Source of the DNA: a bacterium
GTDB taxonomy: Bacteria; Sysuimicrobiota; Sysuimicrobiia; Sysuimicrobiales; Kaftiobacteriaceae
Length of the DNA: 31,577 nucleotides
Direction of reading: 5' to 3'
Assembly: GCA_044868695.1 (NCBI GenBank)
Contig: JBIOWP010000137.1
Coordinates: 1-31,577, forward strand
The notes under the pieces: generated by a model
Database searches by the model: none
What the model was told of the DNA's origin: nothing
What the model saw: the letters and a program-made list of their open reading frames with translations, nothing else
Part shown: positions 25,038 through 31,577 of the stretch, piece after piece
Layout: the number at the start of each line of letters is the position of its first letter
Position numbering within the stretch: position 1 is the first letter of the stretch
Made by a program: the position numbers and the translations under genes

Positions 25038-26072
25038 ATGCAGATGGGAACGTCACAACGCGCCCTCACCATCCATAACGTGCCGCACCGCATCGTCGTG
25101 CTCACCGCGGTGGCGTCGGTCATCGGGCTGGTCTCGGCCGTCATGCAGGCCTGGCCGCTCTGGGCCACAGCCGTGGCCGTGCTGTTGCCCTGGCTACCCA
25201 TCCTCGCGCTGGAGACCGTCTGGACGTACCGGCACTATGCCTGGCTTGCGCTCTTCTACGTGCTGGTGATCACGCAGGGAGGGCACGTCGTGGAGCATAT
25301 CGCGCAGATGATCCAGATCCATATCCTTGGACTGCGAGGACCCGCGGCTCGAGGCATTTTCGGCGCGCTCGACATTGAGTGGGTGCACTTCCTCTGGAAC
25401 AGCTGGGTGCTCGTTGCCGTAGGTCTTCTCGTGTGGCGGTTTCCCCGCAACCCCTGGCTGTGGGTCACCTTCCTGCTGGCCGGCTGGCACGAGCTGGAGC
25501 ACATCGCGATCATGACGAAATTTCTCCGGACCGGTCAGGAAGGGACTCCGGGGTTGCTGGCCAGCGGAGGTCTGATCGGCGGTGGACTGCCGTTGCGGCG
25601 ACCGGACCTGCATTTCGTGTACAACATCGTCGAGACGACCCCCCTCGTGGTTGCGTTTGCGTACCAGCTGAAATACTCATACGATGAGTGGCTGAAGCGT
25701 GCCCTGCCGGCCCTCGCTGAGCCACTGCTGGCACAAGCCACCCGCCGGCTGCAGGCGATGCGGTTCTCACCCGGCCAGACCATCGTCCGCGAAGGAGATC
25801 TGCCGGATCGCTTCTACATCATCGCTCAAGGGGAAGTCACTATCACCCGTGGGGTCAGCGCGGCTGGCTCCGAGCACCTGGGCACCCTCTCGGCCGGCCA
25901 GTTCTTTGGCGAAGTCGGCCTGCTGGCAGGGATCCCGCGTACCGCATCTGTGCACGCGAAGACGGCCGTAGAGGCGCTGGCCCTGGATCGGGACGCCTTT
26001 CTCGCTCTCGTGGAACACTCCGCGGGAACCCACGAACAACTCGCTGAGGTAGTGCGATGCAGATTGCGCTGA
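25038..26072 (+). CDS. Multi-TM His-motif membrane protein fused to a C-terminal cyclic-nucleotide-binding domain
   Basis: About 6 hydrophobic segments with HVVEH, EWVHF, HELEH and LHFVYN; CNBD GQTIVREGD..DRFYII..G, GQFFGEVGLL...PRTASVHA. Strong SD GAGGAGG. Confidence 0.88.
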   Translation: MQMGTSQRALTIHNVPHRIVVLTAVASVIGLVSAVMQAWPLWATAVAVLLPWLPILALETVWTYRHYAWLALFYVLVITQGGHVVEHIAQMIQIHILGLRGPAARGIFGALDIEWVHFLWNSWVLVAVGLLVWRFPRNPWLWVTFLLAGWHELEHIAIMTKFLRTGQEGTPGLLASGGLIGGGLPLRRPDLHFVYNIVETTPLVVAFAYQLKYSYDEWLKRALPALAEPLLAQATRRLQAMRFSPGQTIVREGDLPDRFYIIAQGEVTITRGVSAAGSEHLGTLSAGQFFGEVGLLAGIPRTASVHAKTAVEALALDRDAFLALVEHSAGTHEQLAEVVRCRLR

Positions 26073-26710
26073 CGCTGGACGCGGAGCATCCCGATCGGCC
26101 GCACTGCCCGCCAGGGGTGGTGGACCGGATTATCGCCCTGTTGGAAAAGGCGCAGGTGCCGGCGACATTCTTCCTCCAGGGACGCTGGGTCGAGGCCTAC
26201 CCCCACCTGGCACAGGAAATCCGGCGCGGCGGCCATCGCATCGGCAGCCACTCATTCCACCATGCTCGCCTGACGCTGCTCACTGAGCAGGGTCTCATTC
26301 GGGACATCGGAGCGGCAGAACAGGTGATCACAGAAGTCGCCGGGGTGGACCCGAAACCCTGGTTCCGTTGCCCGTGGGGAGATTGCGGCACCGATGGCCG
26401 CATCCCGCAGGTGCTCGCGGATCGAGGCTACCGCCATGTCGGGTGGCACGTGCAGTCCAACGAATGGGAGATTGCCCGCACGCCGCGTGAGGTCGAGGAC
26501 GCCCTGCTCAGCGGGGTCCTGGCGGCTGGTGAGAGCGCGATTGTCCTGTTACACACCTGGCCCGCCTCGGTGCCTGCCGCCCTCGCCGCGATCCTCCACC
26601 GACTGCGGGACGCCGGAGGGGAGTTCGTCACGCTGGACGATCTCCGCCCATCCGCGTTCCAGGGGTATCTCCCGGGCGTAGGAAGCGTCGAAGAAGGGCG
26701 AGTAATCTGA
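26057..26710 (+). CDS. NodB/CE4 polysaccharide deacetylase family protein (variant motif 1)
   Basis: IALTLDAEHPD, PATFF, GSHSFHH, WFRCPWG, IVLLH. No signal peptide. Confidence 0.88.
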   Translation: MQIALTLDAEHPDRPHCPPGVVDRIIALLEKAQVPATFFLQGRWVEAYPHLAQEIRRGGHRIGSHSFHHARLTLLTEQGLIRDIGAAEQVITEVAGVDPKPWFRCPWGDCGTDGRIPQVLADRGYRHVGWHVQSNEWEIARTPREVEDALLSGVLAAGESAIVLLHTWPASVPAALAAILHRLRDAGGEFVTLDDLRPSAFQGYLPGVGSVEEGRVI

Positions 26711-26742
26711 TAACCACACCGCCGGGGGAGGGGCGAGCCGCC

Positions 26743-28929
26743 ATGAGAGCGCGGTATCCCGATCAAGGAAGCTACGTGGAACGGAATGGGGTGAAGATCT
26801 ACTACGAACTCTTCGGGCGGGGCGAGCCGGCGGTGCTGCTGCTGCCGACGACTCCCATCGTGCACTCTCGTATGTGGAAGGCCCAGGTCCCTTATCTCGC
26901 GCAGCACTATCGGGTGATTACGTTTGATCCTCGGGGGAACGGTCGAACGGATAGCCCGACCGATTCGCGCGCATATGCCGACGACGAATACGCTGCCGAT
27001 ACGCTGGCCGTGATGGATGCGACAGGAACGCAGCGGGCGATCCTCGCCGGCCTGTGCTCAGGGGCGCGATGGTCTGCGCTGGTTGCCGCGCGGTACCCGG
27101 AGCGGGTGCTCGGTCTGATCACGCTCGCACCCCACATTCCCTTCATCACCCCGCCGCATCCGCACTGGGAGCAGTACTCGTTCGACAACCTCCTGGACAC
27201 CGAGGAGGGATGGGCGAAACACAATCGCCATTATCTGCTGCGCGATTTTCGAGGATATGTCGAATGGCACATGGACTGGATGCTGCCCGAGCGTCACTCG
27301 ACAAAGATGTATGAGGATCTGGTCGAGTGGGGACTCCAAACGACCGCGCCAACATGGATTCTCCGGCTCACGGCGCCGACCTCGTTGAGGACGAAGGAGG
27401 AGGCCGAGGCCCTGTGCCGGCAGATCCGGTCCCCGGTGCTGGTCATCCATGGAGATCGCGATCAATGTCAGCCGCAGGCGCGCGGAAGCAAGTTCGCGGA
27501 ACTGACCAGGGGCCGCACCCTCCTGCTCGCGGGGGCCGGCCATGCTCTCATGGGGCGGCATCCGGTCGCGGTGAACCTCGCGATGAAGGCGTTTGTGGAT
27601 TCGGTCGCACGGCCACAGCCCCGTCCCGCCTCCTGGCACCACGCCCTGACGCGGCCCAAGCGGGCCATCTTTGTCTCCTCGTCCATCGGTCTCGGGCATA
27701 TCCAGCGCGATCTGGCGATTGCCAGAGAACTGCGCGTGCTGGTCCCGGATCTGGAGATTCACTGGTGGGCGCAGCATCCGGTCACGGCGGTGCTGGAGGC
27801 GGCGGGCGAGACGATTCATCCGAAGAGCCATCTGCAGGCGCTGGAGTCCGCACACTGGGAAGAAGAATCGTCACAGCACGAACTGCACGCCTTCTATGCC
27901 TTCCGCCGGATGGACGAAATCTTCGTGGCCAATTTCATGCTCTTCAATGAGGCCGTGCAGGAGACGCCGTACGATATCTGGATCGGCGACGAGTCATGGG
28001 AAGTGGACTACTTCCTGCACGAGAATCCAGAGTTGAAGTCCGCTCCGTACGTCTTCCTGACCGACGTGATCGGTTTTCTGCCGGTAGATCCCGAGGGCGA
28101 TCCGCGCGAGGCGGCGCTCTGTGCTGATTACAACGCGGAGATGATCGAGCAGCGTGCGCGCTATCCGCGGCTGCGCGATCTGTCGTTGTACATCGGGGAA
28201 TACGATGAGTTGCCGGACGAGCGATTCGGCCCGGAGTTGCCGAACATCCGCGACTGGGCGCGGGATTGGTTCACCCCGGTGGGCTACGTCCTCCCGTTCG
28301 ATCCTCTGCAGTACCGCGATCCGCAGGCGCTGCGGGCGCGGTTGGGCTATGGCACGAGCTATCCACTGCTGTTCGCCGCAGTTGGCGGAACCGGCGTTGG
28401 GCGCAATCTGCTGGAGCGCGTGGTCGACGGCTTTGCGGTGCTGCGGGAGGCGATGCCTGACGCCCGGTTGGTCATGGTGACCGGCCCGCGGATCGAACCC
28501 GAGGACCTGCCCGATGTACCCGGCTTGGAAAAGCGCGCGTACGTCCACAACCTCTTCGAACATCTGGCGTGCGCAGATGCCGCGATTGTGCAAAGTGGCC
28601 TCAGCACGACGATGGAATTGGTGGCTACGCGCCGCCCGTTTGCCTACGTTCCGCTGCGTAAGCACTGGGAACAGCAGCACTATGTCACCTACCGGCTGCG
28701 CCATTACGATGCTCGGAATCGGTTGGAGTATGCGGAGTTGACGGCGCGCCGGGTCGCAGACACACTGGGGCAGTTGGTGGGGAGGTCCGTGACCTATCGC
28801 GAGGTTCCCCGTGACAGCGCGCGGCGCGCCGCGCTGCAGATCGCCGGGCTGCTGTCGCGCAATGCCCGTGCTACACCGCCGGATGCGGTGACCCGGCGGT
28901 CGCGGGACGCGACGATCAGGGCGCGCTGA
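26743..28929 (+). CDS. Fusion: alpha/beta-hydrolase plus GT-B (GT28/MurG-like) glycosyltransferase
   Basis: Hydrolase FDPRGNG, AGLCSGA, HGDRD, AGH; GT SSIGLGHIQRD, AVGGTG, AIVQSGLSTTMEL, HWEQ. Confidence 0.88.
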   Translation: MRARYPDQGSYVERNGVKIYYELFGRGEPAVLLLPTTPIVHSRMWKAQVPYLAQHYRVITFDPRGNGRTDSPTDSRAYADDEYAADTLAVMDATGTQRAILAGLCSGARWSALVAARYPERVLGLITLAPHIPFITPPHPHWEQYSFDNLLDTEEGWAKHNRHYLLRDFRGYVEWHMDWMLPERHSTKMYEDLVEWGLQTTAPTWILRLTAPTSLRTKEEAEALCRQIRSPVLVIHGDRDQCQPQARGSKFAELTRGRTLLLAGAGHALMGRHPVAVNLAMKAFVDSVARPQPRPASWHHALTRPKRAIFVSSSIGLGHIQRDLAIARELRVLVPDLEIHWWAQHPVTAVLEAAGETIHPKSHLQALESAHWEEESSQHELHAFYAFRRMDEIFVANFMLFNEAVQETPYDIWIGDESWEVDYFLHENPELKSAPYVFLTDVIGFLPVDPEGDPREAALCADYNAEMIEQRARYPRLRDLSLYIGEYDELPDERFGPELPNIRDWARDWFTPVGYVLPFDPLQYRDPQALRARLGYGTSYPLLFAAVGGTGVGRNLLERVVDGFAVLREAMPDARLVMVTGPRIEPEDLPDVPGLEKRAYVHNLFEHLACADAAIVQSGLSTTMELVATRRPFAYVPLRKHWEQQHYVTYRLRHYDARNRLEYAELTARRVADTLGQLVGRSVTYREVPRDSARRAALQIAGLLSRNARATPPDAVTRRSRDATIRAR

Positions 28930-29837
28930 TGCGCGCCCGGTACCCTAATCAGACAGGCCATGTCGAGCGGAGCGGTGTGCGCACGTTCTACGAGGTCTAT
29001 GGGAACGGGACGCCGACCGTGCTCTTCCTGCCCGCGTGGGCCATCGGCCATTCCCGGTTCTGGAAGGGTCAGATTCCCTTTTTCGCCCGTCACTACCGTG
29101 TTATCACCTTCGATCCGCGAGGCAACGGCCGATCCGGTCGCCCGCTGGACCCAGCGGCATATGCGGATACGGAGTACGTAGCGGACGCGCTCGCGGTCAT
29201 GGATGCGACGCAGACAGATCGCGCCGTGCTGGTTGGCTTCTCCATGGGCGGATGGCTTGCCGCCATCCTGGCCGCGCACTATCCGCACCGCGTGCTCGGC
29301 GCCGTTGTGGCCGGTACCAGCTCCCCGCTGGGCAACATGCTGCCTGAGCGGACGGTCTATTCGTTTGACGAGCCCCTGGACACCGAGCAAGGCTGGGCGA
29401 AATACAACCGTCACTACTGGCGGAAAAACTACAGGGAGTTCCTTGAATTCTTTTACTCTAGGATCTTTACGGAGCCGCATTCCACAAAGCAGATCGACGA
29501 CGGGGTTTCTTGGGGACTGGAAACGACGCCGGAGGTACTGATCGCGACACGCGACTCTCGCGACTTCTCGGAGCACTTGAAAGAACATCCGGACGAGGCC
29601 CTGGCCCTCTACCAATCGATCCGCTGCCCGATGCTGATCATGCACGGAGATCAGGACGCGGTGGTCTCATACAGTCGTGGCGTCGCAATCGCGGAAGCCA
29701 CCGGAACTCGGCTGATCACGATCGCCGGGGGAGGCCACCACAACTTCGGCCGCGATCCAGTAAAGACCAACCTGCTGCTTCGAGCATTCATTGAGCGCGT
29801 GACTTCTTCCACTGATTTATCGATGAGACACGCCTAG
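28929..29837 (+). CDS. Alpha/beta-hydrolase, paralog of the upstream hydrolase domain
   Basis: FDPRGNG, VGFSMGG, HGDQD, GGHH. TGATG overlap with the upstream stop. Confidence 0.9.
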   Translation: MRARYPNQTGHVERSGVRTFYEVYGNGTPTVLFLPAWAIGHSRFWKGQIPFFARHYRVITFDPRGNGRSGRPLDPAAYADTEYVADALAVMDATQTDRAVLVGFSMGGWLAAILAAHYPHRVLGAVVAGTSSPLGNMLPERTVYSFDEPLDTEQGWAKYNRHYWRKNYREFLEFFYSRIFTEPHSTKQIDDGVSWGLETTPEVLIATRDSRDFSEHLKEHPDEALALYQSIRCPMLIMHGDQDAVVSYSRGVAIAEATGTRLITIAGGGHHNFGRDPVKTNLLLRAFIERVTSSTDLSMRHA

Positions 29838-29906
29838 ACGGGGGAACGAGGTCGGAGCCTATCCTGTGAACTTTTCTCCAAGCCGAACTGGTTCTTCGCG
29901 CTAGGT

Positions 29907-31283
29907 TCACGCCTCCGCGAACGCATAGAGGAACTGCGCCACCGACTTCTCGAAGAGCCGCATCCCGTCCAGGGTCGCGTACTCGTTGGGGGAATGCGGC
30001 CGGCCGCCGTGGCCCAGGCCGCCCATGACAAACGGCTGGTTCAGGACCCGCCGGAACAGATAGAAGGGCGCAGAACCGGCCAGGTGCGGCCAGATCTCCG
30101 GCTCGTGTCCCAGGTCTCGGAACGTCCGGACCAGGGCCTGCACCGCGGGTTCGCGGACACTGGTCTTGGCCGGCGGGTAACCCTCGTAGAAGTGAACCTC
30201 GAACTCGTCCCGTCCGATCTTCTTGAAGTGGGCCAGGATCCGCTCGCGCGCGCGGGCGGGTTCCATGTTCGGAACCAGGCGCGCGTCCATCTTCACGCGT
30301 ACCTCGTGAGGCAGCAACGTCTTCATCCCCGGCCCCGTATAGCCGCCCCAGATGCCATCGATGTTCAGCGTGGGGTCATAGAGGTAGCGGCGCAGCAAAT
30401 CGGCGCCGCGTGCGGGATACTTGAACCGCTCCGCATCCCACAGCCACAACTCGGTGGCAGGATCGAACGTCTGCGCCAGCTTTTGGAGCAACTCCTCGTC
30501 TTCGGCGCTGGGCCGCGCCACGTCGTCGTAGAACCCCTCGACGAGAATGCGCTCGTCGCCATCCATCATGGTCGACAGCGCCTTCAGCAGACGCCACGGC
30601 GGGCTCCCGACCCACACCGCGTTACTGCCGTGGACGCCGCGGGTGCGCGGGCCGCCCCACGCCCCCCCGCGGCAGGCGACCTCAAAGTACTGGATGCCCT
30701 TGACACCCAGCCACAGTTGCGGCTTGCCTTTTCGATCCTGGCAGTAGAAGGGAAAGTACGTGGCGTCGGCGCCCAGCCGGGCCCGGTGCTGTTCAATGAA
30801 CCCCGGCAGGTGGGGGCTGCTGAGTTCTTCTTCGCCTTCGATCACGAACTTGAGGTTGACGGGCAGCCGCTTTCGCACGGCGAGGATACTCTCCACCACG
30901 TTGAAGAATCCGGCGAGGGGGCCCTTGGTATTATAGACGCCGCGGGCCACCAGGCACGAGCCGAACTCAGGGAGTTCGGCGACTTCACCGTCAAACGGAG
31001 GGACCAGCCAGTCCTCGCCCTCGACCGGCTGTACGTCGTACATGCCGTAGATCAGCAGGGTCTTGGGCGCTCCCGCGTCGATGGAACCGTGAACGACCGG
31101 CCATCCCGGCGTGGGCACAATATCAACTCGCCCGCCGACCTCGCGGATGCTGCCGGCGACCAGCGCCGCCATCTCGTCCATCCCCCGGCCTTCGCCGCTG
31201 ATGCTGGGCTGGCGCACGTACTGGCGGACGCGGTCGAGATGCGCGTCGAAATGGCGCTCGAGGTGCGCGTGTAGATCATCCAT
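29907..31283 (-). CDS. M20/M25/M40 family metallohydrolase with altered metal ligands
   Basis: PSIS, YGMYDVQP, ARGVYNTKGP, IEGEEE, PTLNIDGI..GYTG.G.KT.LP, HSPNE. Confidence 0.9.
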   Translation of the reverse strand: MDDLHAHLERHFDAHLDRVRQYVRQPSISGEGRGMDEMAALVAGSIREVGGRVDIVPTPGWPVVHGSIDAGAPKTLLIYGMYDVQPVEGEDWLVPPFDGEVAELPEFGSCLVARGVYNTKGPLAGFFNVVESILAVRKRLPVNLKFVIEGEEELSSPHLPGFIEQHRARLGADATYFPFYCQDRKGKPQLWLGVKGIQYFEVACRGGAWGGPRTRGVHGSNAVWVGSPPWRLLKALSTMMDGDERILVEGFYDDVARPSAEDEELLQKLAQTFDPATELWLWDAERFKYPARGADLLRRYLYDPTLNIDGIWGGYTGPGMKTLLPHEVRVKMDARLVPNMEPARARERILAHFKKIGRDEFEVHFYEGYPPAKTSVREPAVQALVRTFRDLGHEPEIWPHLAGSAPFYLFRRVLNQPFVMGGLGHGGRPHSPNEYATLDGMRLFEKSVAQFLYAFAEA

Positions 31284-31291
31284 GACGATCG

Positions 31292-31576
31292 CTACTGCGG
31301 GGCCGCGACCCAGGTATGCGTCTGGAAATCGAACAGGCCCGCCTGGTCGTAGACGACGTTGCTCATGCGCTTGGAGATCGCGGTGCGCGCATTCTCGTAG
31401 TAGAGGACCACGTACGGGAGTTCGTCCGCGAACATCTCCTGGAAGCGGTTGTAGATCGGCCGCCGCCGGGCGGAGTCGGCCGTCCGGGCTCCCTCGTCCA
31501 GGATCTGGTCGATCTGGGTGTTTGACATGTGGATCAGCCTGGTATACGTCGCCCCCGTGCGGAATTGGGACGAGAC
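31292..31576 (-). CDS. C-terminal part of a class 5 ABC substrate-binding protein (truncated by the window edge)
   Basis: Frame is open to the edge; SN.QIDQILDEGART.D...RR.IY..FQ....DELPYV.LYY matches the C-terminus of the SBP at 9316-10830. Confidence 0.8.
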   Translation of the reverse strand, partial: VSSQFRTGATYTRLIHMSNTQIDQILDEGARTADSARRRPIYNRFQEMFADELPYVVLYYENARTAISKRMSNVVYDQAGLFDFQTHTWVAAPQ

Positions 31577-31577
31577 G

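Noticed and set aside
21139..26072. Pycsar/CBASS/Avs anti-phage system (cyclase + STAND + CNBD-TM)
   Set aside because: The cyclase-STAND protein ends in a LuxR HTH with a plausible target promoter, and its neighbours are metabolic enzymes. No TIR, nuclease or other recognised defence effector is present.
20909..29906. Integrative element with attL/attR at tRNA-Arg(CCT)
   Set aside because: No integrase, and no copy of the tRNA 3' end was seen in the 29838-29906 gap. Horizontal origin is still possible but needs a composition and synteny test.

Overview
High-GC bacterial chromosomal window. The organism is probably diderm, given an outer-membrane beta-barrel-like gene; the lineage cannot be fixed from sequence alone. 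The left two-thirds is housekeeping and transport: inositol monophosphatase, ABC-2 exporter, a GNAT/M24/DUF1028/URO-D-like run, an Aquifex-type aconitase, a peptide ABC importer lacking ATPase genes, a TAXI-TRAP system, DUF1844, a YyaL-type protein and DUF309. Three tRNAs follow: Ser-GCT, an unusual Arg-GCG, and Arg-CCT. Directly after tRNA-Arg(CCT) is the most interesting unit (21139-29837), a cyclase-STAND-TPR-LuxR regulator followed by two palindromic boxes at an activator-type promoter. Downstream lie five co-oriented genes: a secreted His/Cys protein, a His-motif membrane protein fused to a cNMP-binding domain, a variant NodB deacetylase, a Cys-nucleophile alpha/beta-hydrolase-glycosyltransferase fusion and its Ser-nucleophile paralog. 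Intergenic DNA holds a cruciform REP-like element, inverted heptamer arrays, recurring AGGA-N17/18-GAAT (sigma-H-like) motifs, and a 12-bp direct repeat bracketing three genes of the accessory unit. No CRISPR array, integrase or rRNA was seen. All family calls come from motif recognition, not database searches.
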